From contig NC_057719.1 of assembly GCF_004010195.1 (NCBI RefSeq), positions 34,907,537-34,971,536 of the forward strand: 64,000 bases of DNA, in the 5' to 3' direction. The notes beneath the pieces are model-generated. The model ran no database searches, was not told the origin of the DNA, and was given only the letters and a program-made list of their open reading frames with translations. The stretch is from Chiloscyllium plagiosum (taxonomy: Eukaryota). Both the position numbers and the translations under genes were made by a program. This document shows positions 10,593 through 22,545 of this stretch, one piece after another. Each line of letters opens with the position of its first letter. Positions within the stretch are counted from its first letter, which is position 1.

Positions 10593-13500
10593 TTTTTTTT
10601 ATTTTATTAAACAGTACAGTATTTACAGCTGCTAATGTTTACAGATAAATAACAAATTTATAAGGGAGAGAAGCGACAAAGCCAGACCTCAAACCCCACC
10701 GTTTAACCAGTTTTTCAGGGAAATAAGGACAAACCTGAAGTCCCAGTAACACATACAAGACAATCTAATTAGATAAGAGGCAATGCATAGAATACAGACC
10801 CTCCCCCACCTCGCAACAACCCACCCGTCCCTCCCACTTACCAGCCACTCTAAGGCAGCCCGCCCATATGCCCCTTCCTCTCTCACGCTGCACCGTGTCT
10901 CATCCAGGTCTCGGTCCACCCTGACACACCTTCAGGCCACCTGTAGGAATACTGGGTGGTGGGGGTCTGGGCTGGACGCTGCCACAGGACATAGTGAGCA
11001 GGGTAGCGGTAAACGTCAGGTTCGTGGCCACTGCCCTTTGACGCCATAAAATAGCTGTGCTTGGACCTGAGGTAGTGCACCAGTTGACCGATGCTCAGGT
11101 GTGTGGTGGCATCCAGTCTGCGCTCACCCCTGCCCAGACGGAATTTCACATTGGCCCCAAGGCCCTGGAAACCTGAGCCATCTCTGGAATTTTAGTTTTG
11201 TCCCTTTTTTGAAGGAAGTTTCACAGCATGCCCTGTATGGACTGTTGCTGCACACTGTCCACCTCTTCTCCCTCACCCACTGCCCGGATACACCTTGGTG
11301 TACCCATTTGCCACCGGGGTGGTGGGGATCCCCAGTGGAGGGCTCTCTCTGCAGGAGTCCTTCCCCCTTTCTCTCTGGGATGGAGGGTGCTACATGCAGC
11401 TGTCCCCTGCAACTGCAGATTGCGGTGGTTCATAGACTCCCAGCCCAACTGCATGTATATGTATATATTAGGTGTGGTCACTTGCACTCTCTTTTTGATT
11501 TTCTAAAAATCCTTCTGTTTTTGGTTCCACTTAATTCCCCTGCTCCTGATCTTTGGGCACCCGGTATGAAGTGGGGAGGGCAGGTCTGAGGAATTTCGCA
11601 TTGGCCCCAAGGTTCCATACTTCCCCCAGGAACCTGTGCCCCACAACCTGAGCCGCCTCCGGAATTTTACGTTTGTCCCCTGTATCACGGCGGGTCTTGT
11701 GCTGACTACTACTGTATACCATTCACCTCATCCACCTCCCAGACACTCCTTGGAGTGCCCATTTACCACCAGGCGGTGGGGATTTCCATTGGAGGGATCT
11801 CTATGCAGGGGTCCTCCCCCTTTCTCTCAGGGATCTGGGGTGGAGGTGGTTGTCCCCTGCAACAGCAGATTGCGGTGGGTCACAGACTCCCTGCCCAACT
11901 TCTGTGGTGGTGTGGAGTCTATGGACCATGTATATATTGGATGTCGTCACTTGTACCCCCTTTTCGGTTTCCTTAAAGACCATCTCCTCTGTTTTTGGTT
12001 GCACTTCAATCCCATGCTCCTGATCTTTGGCACCTCGTGGGGAGGGGGTGGGTAAGTTAGGTTATCCTCCTCTTGCATCTGCTCCTGGGCCTGGCCAAAT
12101 TGGCTATAAACAGGTACAGGCAGCAGGCCATGGAGGGAGTTGTTATGGCCGACTGCCTGCCCCTTTACGCGGGTGTCCCTTGAGAAGGAGCACACGAGAT
12201 TTTCAGGGAAAGGTGGGCACCGCAGGGAGTGGAGTGCATTATTTTCCCCCTCCAACTCTATTTTGATTTAATCCCTGCCCTCCCCTTCACTGTTTGATCA
12301 CGCAGCATTGCCCATTGCTTGTCACTGGCCACTTGGGTGTTTTCTTTTTTCTGGGTGGGGGAAATTGAATAAAGATTGGTACACCTGTTGTCTTTCACTG
12401 TGTCTCACACCCATGTTGTGTGTGCGCAGGTATTGGCAGAAAGAAAAGAAAAATAAAAAAAGGGATACCAGTTCACAAACTAGCTATATAATTCAGCCAG
12501 TCCAGGAATCGGGTTTTCCCCCTTTTTAATAAAAAAAAAAGCAGAAACCAACAGCATCAGTAACACACTGACTGGCCCAGTCAGAGTCGGTTCCTTAAAC
12601 TGAGGAGGTTTTCAACCTTCTGGTTATAATACTTTTAAACAAATTACAAAACAATTTACAAAAAAAAAAGTTAACATTTACAGCTGTATACAACAGCAAT
12701 TTTATAAGGGAGAGGAGCAGCAAAGCTAGGCCCCAAACCCTACCGTTCAACCAGTTTACAGGGAGATGAGGACAAACCTTAAGTCCCAGTTTCGCATATA
12801 AGTGACAGTGACATTTGTATATAAAAGGACAATCCAATTACATTTTAAAAAAGTGCATACAATACAGACCCAGCAAGCCCCTGTCCCTCCCACCTTCCAA
12901 CCACTCCAAGGCAGCCCGCCCCTACGTACCTTCCGACTCTCACCCACCCTGATGCGCTTCCGGCCAGTGGGCTATCCTGGCACACCTTCTGGCCACCACT
13001 AGGACAGCCCGTCCCCTTCCCTGGGACGACAACGTGCAGGGTAGCCCACAAGCCTTCCGGACCTCAGCCTGCCCCATCGCACCTTCTGGCTCTCAGCTGC
13101 TCTGACACACCTTTCGACCACCTCTAGGCCAGCCCGTCCCGATTACCTCTTCTCGGGATGACAGCGCTCAGAACGGCCTACCCACCATCTGGCTCTCTGG
13201 GCAACTGGCATCAGGGTGGCCTACCCACCCTCTGGCTTTCAGGACAGCCTACCAACGTTCAGGTTCATAGGATGGCCTACCCACCCTCCGGCTCTCGAGG
13301 TGACAGCTTTCAGAACGGCCCATGAACCTCCCAGCTCACAGTAAGACCTGCCAGACCCAGGGACACAAGACAATGCAGGTGATAGACCCAAACAACACAA
13401 AACAGTTAGTTACGTAAAAACAGTCCTTTCTGGTCCACAGTCCAAATATATAGAGTCTTCAAAATATAGAATCCATTCCCAGGAATGGAGTCCACTCCAG

Positions 13501-14212
13501 TTTACGAGGTGCATTGTCCAAAATGGAGTCCACTCCAAACTGCAGGGTCCACAACCAAGGGCAGGGTCCACTCCCGAAGGCAGTAAATACACAGCACACA
13601 GGTGTTCAGTCTCCATGGAGTCCTGGCTCAGCCTTTGGAAACCAGGCCCACTCACAGGAACATAGTACAGGTGCAGTTAACTCACAGGGGTTTGATCCAC
13701 TCCTGAAGGCAAGGTCTTCACCCAAACTCCAGGATACAGCAAGTGCTCACCTCCCAGCACACACACAGGTATTCAATCTTCAGAGTCCCAGGGCTAGGCC
13801 TCTCCACAGGAACAGCTCCTCTGGTGAAATGTATGTCTTCCACAAGGGCTCAGTCCAACCGCCAAAAACAGTGAAGACACTTACACAAAAAACAAAGGAA
13901 ACTAGAGTCCAAAGGCTAAGCCCTACCACAAAATTAACATTGCTCTTTTCTCAAAAAGAAAAGAGTAACACACAGGCTGTAACCAGCCAGTGAAACAACA
14001 ATCCCCTAATGAGAACTGAGTTACACCTGAAACACATTATGTGCATCAGGAGTTTAACAATCAGTCCTCATTAAAGGAACGCCAGTTCAGGAATCAGGTT
14101 TCCCCCTCCCAAAAAAAAGGAAGCAGAAACCAACAGTAACATACTGACTATAGCACCAGCCTGCACAGAGTCAGTTCCCTAAACTGAGGAGATTCTAAAT
14201 CTTCTGGTTATA
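10593..14212 (-). mobile_element. Two head-to-tail copies of an unclassified non-coding element (A1-B1-A2-B2 repeat layout) inside an LTR-like sequence
   Basis: 14081-14212 resembles 12496-12628; 12629-12870 resembles 10593-10800; AATAAA and A-tract at the 10593 end on the minus strand; internal minisatellite-like repeats 12960-13860. Confidence 0.6.
10948..12460 (+). mobile_element. Tx1-clade non-LTR retrotransposon ORF2 C-terminus and 3' UTR, 5'-truncated, with internal duplication
   Basis: GDPQWRAL..LGWRVLHAAVPCN.RLRWF.DSQPNC..CG.VESMDHVYIGC..ECI..PSNSILI*; AATAAA near 12368; A-rich tail. Confidence 0.8.
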
Positions 14213-15196
14213 TTGGTCAGATAGAGCTTTCCTGATTGTCCTAGGTTAACAGCCCCAGTTGGCAACTCATTCTGTGAGGTCCACCTAGTTGACCTTGTTT
14301 ACAAATACCATGGGTGAACTGATGTTGGGGGATAAAACCTTCAAATGTATGTGTTGTTAACGCTTCCAGATTTTTAAAAAAATGAAAAAGGAAACAAAGA
14401 CTTGCATTCAGGAGCTCTTATGGTGCAGAGATCATGTCTCTTAACAAAATCAGAAATTGCTGGTGCATCTTGGCTGATCTGGCAATGTCTTTGGGGAAAA
14501 GCAGAGTTAATGTTTCGAGTCTGGTGTTTCATCATCCGACCTGATAGCTGCTAGGAAAAAGTGGTATTTCTCCTGAAGGTTGGGGGTTGGTGGGACGTGA
14601 GTGGATAGGTGGAGATTGAGCCAGAGAGAGATATGAAAGGGTCACGCGAACGAGAGTTATTGATAATAGGCAATGACAAAAAAACAAGCTGAATAAGTGA
14701 TCATGAGATGAAAGTAGGGGTAGGCTGTGTTGAAAGCAAGTATGTAACATGATAATAAGCCTGAGAGTGGGTACGAATAGAATTAGAATTAGGTTTTATT
14801 GTCTTGTGTACTCAAGTACAGGAAATGAAAAATATACAATGTCGCCACACGCAGTGCCATCTTAGATAAAAAGTACCTAGTTACAAATCTTAGGTACTAA
14901 AATAGATTAAGTACAAAATTAGAGAAATAAAAAAAAACTAAAAGCTCTACATTACAGTTCTTCACACTATAAATGAGGAAAATAAAGAAATAAAGTTAAA
15001 AGAATAACACTACAGTCCTTCCATAGCCTGCAGTCACTCCACACTGGAGGGTTTCCACCAGGCTGTGCTGAACTAACCAGGGTCACAGCCTGCTGACTGC
15101 CATCTGTGACAGGCTGACCTCACCGGGCCTCAATTCCCCCAGTTCAGGGCCCCAGCCGCCAACAGCCGGCTGTCCTGCTCCACTCTCCCACCATTG

Positions 15197-15411
15197 AGGA
15201 GAAAGTGAGGTCTGCAGATCCTGGAGATCAGAGCTGAAAATGTGTTGCTGGAAAAGCGCAGCAGATCAGGCAGCATCCAGGGAACAGGAGAATCGACGTT
15301 TCGGGCATAAGCCCTTCTTCAGGAACCATTCCTGAAGAAGGGCTTATGCCCAAAACGTCGATTCTCCTGTTCCCTGGATGCTGCCTGACCTGCTGCGCTT
15401 TTCCAGCAACA
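15197..15411. mobile_element. Penelope-derived fold-back element with 16-bp TSD
   Basis: Arms 15241-15325 and 15329-15413 are near-perfect reverse complements; CACTCTCCCACCATTG at 15181-15196 and 15412-15427. Confidence 0.8.
15295..15322 (-). ncRNA. Minimal type I hammerhead ribozyme motif
   Basis: CUGAAGA-A-GGGC(UUAU)GCCC-GAAAC-GUC. Confidence 0.6.
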
Positions 15412-15446
15412 CACTCTCCCACCATTGTCTGGCCTATTCTGCTCTG

Positions 15447-15580
15447 GGAGAAAGTGAGGACTGCAGATGCTGGAGATCAGAGCTGAAAATGTGTTGCTGG
15501 AAAAGCGCAACAGGTCAGGCAGCATCCAAGGAGCAGGAGAATCGACGTTTCGGGTATGAGCCCTTCTTCAGGAATGAGGC
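15447..15580 (-). mobile_element. Second copy of the same Penelope-derived terminal repeat, hammerhead core at 15544-15571
   Basis: Near-identical to 15197-15325. Confidence 0.75.
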
Positions 15581-15969
15581 TCTGGCCTGCCAACTGCTGG
15601 CCATCCCACACTTCTCGAGCCTCCTATAGTATGGTCGTCTCCTCTGCACTGGGCCCAGTGAGTATCCCACTCCAGGCTCTCAGGTACTACAGTAGGTTTG
15701 GCTATGTTTAAAAAAAAACCCCATGTCACGACAGGACTGTGTATGGAGAGGTGAGTTTTTAAAAAAAAAGTTACTGAACTCTGATGTTGAGTCCTAGAAA
15801 CTGCAGGGTCCCCAAAAAATGAAATCCGTTCTTTGAACTTGTGCTGCGGCTTGCTGAAATACTGCAGCAGGCCTGCAATAGAAATGTTGAGAATGGAGGA
15901 GTGAACTCTGAGTTGGAGAGGAAATGGTCCAGGGGTGCAGGTTTGCTCACTGAGCTGTAGGTTTGATAT

Positions 15970-16009
15970 CCAGACGTTTCATTACCTGGCTAGGTAACAT
16001 CATCAGTGG
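15970..16009 (-). ncRNA. Minimal type I hammerhead ribozyme motif
   Basis: CCA-CUGAUGA-U-GUUACCU(AGCC)AGGUAAU-GAAAC-GUC-UGG; stems I and II can pair, palindromic ACGU stem III. Confidence 0.7.
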
Positions 16010-16565
16010 CGACCTCCAAGTGAACTGAAGCTGATGTCTCCTGCTTTCTATTTATATCTTTCTCCTAGATGGGGTTCCTGGGGTTTGTGGTGATGTCATT
16101 TCCTGTTCGTTTTCTGAGGGGTTGATGGATGGCATCGAGATCTATGTGTTTGTTTATGGCGTTGTGGTTGGAGTGCCAGGCCTCTAGGAATTCTCTGGCA
16201 TGTCTTTGCTTAGCCTGTCCCAGGATAGATGTGTTGACCCAGTCGAAATGGTGGTTTTTTTCATCCATGTGTAGGGCTATGACTCTCTCCCTCGTAGCCC
16301 TATACACAGATGAAAAAAAAACACCATTTCGACTGGGACAACACATCAATGCTGGGACAGGCTAAGCAAAGACATGCCAGAGAATTCCTAGAGGCCTGGC
16401 ACTCCAACCACAACGTCATAAACAAACACATAGATCTAGATGCCATCTTTCAACCCCTCAGAAAACGAACAGGAAATGACAGCACTACAAACCCCAGGAA
16501 CCCCATCCAGGAGAAAGATATAAATAGAAAGCAGGAGACAACAGCTTCACTTCACTTGGAGGTCG

Positions 16566-16605
16566 CCACTGATGATGTTACCTAGCCAGGTAATGAAATG
16601 TCTGG
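16566..16605 (+). ncRNA. Hammerhead motif, mirror copy with a C>T change in stem III
   Basis: CCA-CTGATGA-T-GTTACCTAGCCAGGTAAT-GAAAT-GTC-TGG. Confidence 0.55.
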
Positions 16606-18004
16606 ATATCAAACCTACAGCTCAGTGAGCAAACCTACACCCTACACCCTAAACTTCAACCAGAGTTACAAACCTTGTAGGAAATGGTCCGTTTGGAATG
16701 CTGACAACTGAGGTCTGGAAAAATGTCTGGTCTGATCATAGCATCCAGTTTGAGGTTATAGGAATGACAGCTTATGAACTTTTGAATGTGAAGGCTGGTG
16801 GGAATGTAAGTGAGGCCGGGGAAAGTTATTGTTATGGAAGGGCAGATGGGGGCAATGTTAGAAGCTTAGGAGATGGTTGGACACAGCTAAGGGTGCTATC
16901 AACAACATGGAAGTATCTCTACCTCTGGGCCAGAAGATCTGGGTTCAAGTCCCACCTGCTCCATACATGTGTCTGAACAGGTTGAAAAAAAATTGTAAGC
17001 TGGTTTCTTGGAGTACTGCTGTGGCACAGTGACAATGTCTTGACATTGAGCCAGAAGTTTCAGATTCAAATACCACCTGCCCCAGATATATGTAAAATTG
17101 TGTATGAACAGATTTTCTTTTTAAAAAGAAAGAGGTTGAGGATTTGTAATAAAGCCCTTGTAAATCTTTGAAAGTCTTTTCTCCCTAGTTCAAGATATGG
17201 ATATTGGTCTGTTAAACAACCTTCCTGTTCTTTTATTGTACACCCCTAATATTGAAGTATGGAATACCGTGTACCTATCCTGCAACCTTTTAATAACTAA
17301 CATATGGATACCCAGATCTGAGCTGCACACCTTTAAATTATAGCCTTTGTTTTGTAGTGTTTCTCCATGTTCTTTCTACTTAAATGCAGTGCTTCATAAC
17401 TTATGTGATTAGGGAATAAATAAAGCTGGGCATCATAAAAAAAAAGCAGGCTCTTGCAAAGAAATACTATGGTATTTTTATGTCCATTTCAGAGGACATG
17501 CAGGGAGGCATTTTAACAACTCAGCTGGTACAGAAGTGTCAGCATAGATTGAACCTTCAACTTGCTGAAGTACACACTAAATCTATGAGCTTCTCCTCAC
17601 TCTAGGATGAACTGCTATCAATCATTGCGGTTCTCTTTCAGGTGACTCAGCAGGCCAATCATGGATCCATAGGTCTTTTGATTACCCTTTTGAAGGAATT
17701 TTTGAATGCTCCCATCAAGCCAATGTTTTTACTTGAGTGGACTGTGGTCATTCGCCTTTCAGCTGCAGTTGTCAGGAAAATCAATGAAGAAATAAAATAG
17801 AAAGTACCACTAAAAGCAATTTTGTAATTTGATAACTTTCTTTGTGGAGGTGCATTATAATAATCAAGTTACGCACCTTATGTTAATCTTCAGGTGGTTT
17901 AGTTGATCCAGATTTGAGCTAAATAACTTACATTGTGTAGTTGAGCTTGGATAATTATTTATGTGATGTATTGAAAATATCCTGCCTATGTTCCTGTAAT
18001 ACAG

Positions 18005-18122
18005 GCAGAGGAAACCAATGAAAGGAGAACTTCCTCGTCCTATGTCAGGAAGCTGTGCAGCTTGTCTGAATGGTATCATGTACATTTTCGGAGGATATGA
18101 TGACCTAGGATATAGTAATGAA
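18005..18122 (+). CDS. klhdc1: Kelch domain-containing protein 1, first exon seen (probably exon 3)
   Basis: cag|..|gtatgt; QRKPMKGELPRPMSGSCAACLNGIMYIFGGYDDLGYSNE. Confidence 0.93.
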
Positions 18123-19421
18123 GTATGTTATGTTTTTCAAATGTTTTTATTCAATTTATCCTGTTTTATGCCTAACTTTGCCAAATGTGTTATCTTTAGT
18201 CAACAGCACAGCACCCACACAAAGTATCAATAAATAATGAAAATCAGGTTTAATGTTTCTTCTCATTGTTACTTTTAGGTTTGAAGATAATGCTGTAACC
18301 CCGAGCACTGATTTTTATTTGAGCGGTATTGTAGAATAGATTGTAAATTTGATATTACATCGACCTTCCTTTCTTCCCTTTGTCTCAATTTGTTGTCCGG
18401 TCCTTCCTCTTTTAAATGTGTTGAACCATGCTCATATACTTTAACCAACCCTTGGCAGAAATGTAGTACTTCTCTAAATGTTCTTCATCTGTGAATCTGT
18501 TAACCAATGCCAACAGGCTTCATAACTATGATCTAGATGTCCATATATACGTACTTTCTATTAGTGACCCCCTGGGATACTGTTCAGCAGTAGGACCTCT
18601 TGTAAATTACTTTTCTCCCCTGACCAACATTTCTGATACCAGTTGTGATGATTATGCTACTTTTACTGAAAATTTACTAATTCTGTTGTAAACCAGGGAT
18701 CAACTCTCCAATGATTCCAATCTGTATTTGTCAGAATTGTATCAGATTGCTTATTTTACATAAAAATGTTTTAAAAGAATTAGTGCTGCAAAAAATGTTT
18801 ACTAAGAATTTAATAAAATGTAACCAGGAGTTGTGAACTGATTTCTGTAAATTTGAGTTTAGAGAAACAGTCTTTTAACTTTGTTTTTGTTTTATTGATT
18901 TTTGTCCCATATTTTTAACCCAAAATTGTATTAGACAGTAAGGTTAAAGCCTGCAGCTGAGTAACTCATCTGACTTGCTCTTTTCATTTGTTGGGACAGG
19001 CTTAACCCATAATTCCCATTGTATGCAACGAAGATGGGAATTTAATTAATTTGATCAAATGCATGCTGAAAAGCTACCTTTTAATTTAAAAAAATGTTCT
19101 TACTTATGATTGAGTTAAATCATAACTATTTTTAAGTGGGAGTCCAAAACGATCTAAGAATATGGTACAAGTAATTTAAGAATGAGGTGAGGAGAGATTT
19201 ATTCACCCAGAGAATGGTGAGCATGTAGAATTCACTACCACAACGTAGTCTGGGCCAATATTTTGTGATTTGAAGGAGGAGTTGGAAAACACTGGGACTA
19301 ATGGGATTGAAGAATACAGGAGAAAAACAGGAATAGGCTTGTTCATCATGAATGGCAGAGCATGCTTGAAGAACAAAATGGTTTACTCCTGCTCCTATTT
19401 TCAATGTTTCTATTTGAAAAG

Positions 19422-19627
19422 TTAAAAATCACACAACACCAGGTTATAGTCCAACAGGTTTAATTGGAAGCACTAGCTTTCAGAACGCCACTCCTTCATC
19501 AGGTGATTGTGAAGGAGCAGCGCTCCGAAAGCTAGTGCTTCCAATTAAACCTGTTGGACTATAACCTGGTGTTGTGTGATTTTTAACTTTGTACACCCCA
19601 GTCCAACCCCGGCATCTCAAAATCATG
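19422..19627. mobile_element. Short fold-back element with hammerhead motif and 13-bp TSD
   Basis: Inverted arms ~19418-19499 and ~19510-19590; TCTATTTGAAAAG at 19409-19421 and 19628-19640. Confidence 0.8.
19471..19505 (-). ncRNA. Minimal type I hammerhead ribozyme motif (third family)
   Basis: CAC-CUGAUGA-A-GGAG(UGGCG)UUCU-GAAAGCUA-GUG; palindromic AGCU stem III. Confidence 0.6.
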
Positions 19628-19734
19628 TCTATTTGAAAAGACCATCATAATGTACACCATAACAAGCATCTGTTGCACCTGTAATAGTTAGGAGAGTTGT
19701 ATATGACCTTTTTCATTTCCAAAACTGTTTTCAG

Positions 19735-20346
19735 TACCACATTCTACACAGGGTTCATTGAAAGTACCCTGAGCAGCTGCATCACTGCCTGGTTCAGGAA
19801 TTATACCGTCTCATCGTAAGAACCTACAACGGATAGTGAGGACAGCTGAGAAGATCATCGTGGTCTCTCTTCCCTCCATTACAGATATTTACACCACACA
19901 CTCCATCTCCAAGGCCAACAGCATTGTGGATGACCCCAACATCCTTAATTCAAATTCTTCTTCCTCCTGCCATGTGGCAGAAGATACCGGAGCATTCAGT
20001 CTCTCACGGCTAGACTGTGCAATAGTTTCTTTCCCCAAGCCATCAGACTCCTTAACACTGTATGATCACACTCAATTCTATTTGCAATTTTCAGACAACT
20101 TTTTGAATTGCTGCTAAAATAATGTTTTATTAAGATCATTCATTGTTACATTGTAGTTTGTCCACCACTGTGCCTTTTGTCTGTCTTACATGTTTTGCAT
20201 TTTCTATGCACTTAATGCTGCCCTGTATATGACTGTACTCTCATGTCATCTGTGTTCATATAGCACCCTGGTCCTGGAGGAACGCTGTCTTGTTTTTATT
20301 GTACCAGCTGTATATGGTAAAATGACAAATAAAGCTACTCTACTCT
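19735..20346 (+). mobile_element. Rex1/Babar-type LINE 3' fragment
   Basis: FY.G.IESTLSSCITAWF..LQRIVRTAEKII.VSLPSITDIY..NSFFPQAIRLLN; AATAAA then (CTACT)n tail. Confidence 0.75.
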
Positions 20347-20389
20347 AAGATCATTTTTCTTATCTTTTCATAACTAAAAGCAATTAGTT

Positions 20390-21388
20390 TTCCATCGAAG
20401 ACCACAGTTTTCCCTCCCCCTTGATCAACAGTGCCCTTAACTGCATCCTCCATTTCCTGCATCTCTGCCCTCAAACAAACCCACCCCCCCAACCGCAACA
20501 AGGATAGACTCCCCGCGGTCCCACTAATTTCCAAGTCCAACACATCATCCTCCACCTGTTGCACTGTGATCCCACCACAAAAATTATATTTTCGCAGGGA
20601 CCGTTCCCTCTGCGACTCCCTCGTTAGGTTCACACGCCTCTTCCACACCTGGCACATTCCTCTGCAGCCAGAGGAGCTGCAAAACCTGCCCATGCACCTC
20701 CCCTCTCACCTCTGTCCAAGGCCCCAAGGAATCATTCCAAATCTGGCAGAGATTCACTTGCATTTCCTCTAATATGTTTTATTGCATCTTTGCTCCCGAT
20801 ATGGTCTTCTGTACGTTGGAGAGGTCGAGCGTAAACACAGGAACCAATTTAGGGAACATTTATGGTCCATAATCTCCAATCAATCCCACCTTCTGGTTGC
20901 CAGCCATTTCAACACCCTCTTCAACTCACCTGACAACATGTCCATCCCAGACCTCCTCCACCATCAAAATAAGACCATACACAAACTGGAGGAAGAACAC
21001 CTCATCTTCTGCCTCGGGAGTTTACAACCATACAGGCTTAACATAGAATTCACCAGCTTCCAAATTTCTTCATCCTCCCACCTCATCCCAGGCCCAGCCA
21101 TCCTTCTCCATCCCACCCCTTAACCTGACCCAACCTGTCCATCTTCCTTCCCACCTATTCGCTCCACCCTTACCACTGACCAATCCATCTACCTCATTCC
21201 TGCAACCACCCATCGCCAAATCTTTCCCCCACCCCCACCCACCTCCCTCTATTTATTTCTCAGCTCCCTTCCCCAATCCTGATGAAAGGTTTCAACCTGT
21301 AACATTGACTCCCCTTCTCCTTTGATGCTGCTTGACCTGCTGGCTTTTTCCAGCTCCACTCTGACTCTCCAGTTTTCACTTTTTCCAC
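20390..21388 (+). mobile_element. Penelope-like element 3' part (degraded GIY-YIG endonuclease and terminal repeat)
   Basis: YC..CSRYGLLYVGE.ERK..FREHL..VASHFN..KLEEEHLIFCLGSLQP..LNIEF; mutated hammerhead at 21279-21306. Confidence 0.8.
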
Positions 21389-21655
21389 TATTTCTCACCA
21401 ACCAGCTAGGCAGTTGATCTGTTCAAAGTTTTCTCTCTAATTCTGAATATCCCATAGTTAACCAGCTTGCCCATCTTGGAATTACACTGAAATGATTCCA
21501 TGTTGTCAAACGAGAAAGAAAATGAGTGTTTTGATGAATAATTTGTTAAAATATTCTTTTGTAAAAAGATGAGAGTTAAATTACTCCTTTCTATTTGGAA
21601 TAACATTTACTACTACAATTACACGATCATTAATTTTTTAAAATATTTTAAACAG

Positions 21656-21774
21656 CTGTATTGTGTTAATTTGCAAGTGAAAGATGAAATATTTACTTGG
21701 AAGAAACTCAATAATTACCAAGGAAATCCTCCTACTCCAAGAGACAAACTTTCCTGCTGGGTATATAAAGACAA
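21656..21774 (+). CDS. klhdc1: KLHDC1 exon (probably 4)
   Basis: cag|..|gtgagt; LYCVNLQVKDEIFTWKKLNNYQGNPPTPRDKLSCWVYKD. Confidence 0.94.
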
Positions 21775-22085
21775 GTGAGTTACTAAACTTTGTATTGCAT
21801 AACAATGTTCCAATCTTTCTAATTAAGGTTACCTTTTAGAAATCACAATATGGAATTTATAGTCCTAAATGTCCCAAATTGTATATGAATAAATGTTTGT
21901 GAAATAAATATTGGTCAGAGCATTGAGAAAGCTCTGTATCTCGGGCACCTGTGCCCTCACCCCCCCCCTCCAGCCATGGTTGACGCGAGAAAACGGCTTG
22001 CCGGTGCTGATTCCGAGCCAGAAGCCGAGAATTCCTGAACCCAAACCATTGAAAGGGAGGCCGTGACGTACGTAGTATTAACTCA

Positions 22086-22490
22086 GAGGCTCAGTGGTTA
22101 GCACCGCTGCCTTACAGTGCCAGGGACCTGGGTTCGATTCCAGCCTCAGGCATCTGTGTGGGTGGAGTTTGCGCATTCTCCCCGTGTCTGCGTGGGTTTC
22201 CTCCGGGTGCTCCGGTGTCCTCCCACAGTCCCAAAATGTGCAGGTTAGGGTGGGTTGGCCATGCTAAATTGTTGTGTAGTGTCCGGGGATGTGCAGGTTA
22301 GGGTTATGTAATTTTGGGTCGACTGGCCATGCTAGGTTGTCCCATAATGTCCAGGGATGTGCAGGTTAGGTGCATTAGTCAGGGGTAAATGTCGAGTAAT
22401 GGGGATTGGGTCTGGGTGGGATACCCTTTGGAGGGTCGGTGTGGACTTGTTGGGCTGAAGGGCCTGTTTCCACACTGTAGGGATTCTAAG
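22086..22490 (+). mobile_element. HE1-type tRNA-derived V-SINE with internal tandem duplications
   Basis: A/B boxes, V-domain TTCTCCCCGTGTCTGCGTGGGTTTCCTCCGGGTGCTCC, CR1-like tail. Confidence 0.85.
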
Positions 22491-22545
22491 AGGGTTTGGA
22501 TGGACCCTCAGTGTAATGTCACAACAAATTGACACCATCTTCAAC

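Larger units (their letters stand above)
15931..16678. mobile_element. Penelope-like fold-back element (GIY-YIG C-terminal fragment in both arms) with 12-bp TSD
   Basis: HHFDW.NTS.LGQAKQRHAREFLEAWHS on both strands; ~350-bp inverted arms; AGGAAATGGTCC at 15919-15930 and 16679-16690. Confidence 0.85.

Noticed and set aside
12960..13860. CRISPR-like repeat-spacer array
   Set aside because: Imperfect minisatellite-like repeats of variable length inside a eukaryotic repeat, with no unique spacers and no cas genes.
13514..13993. 159-aa ORF
   Set aside because: Low-complexity translation of tandem repeats with no recognisable domain.
1..18004. klhdc1 exons 1-2
   Set aside because: No segment resembling the N-terminal ERSGH / VYLP..EIW.YD motifs was found by eye; they probably lie upstream of the window.
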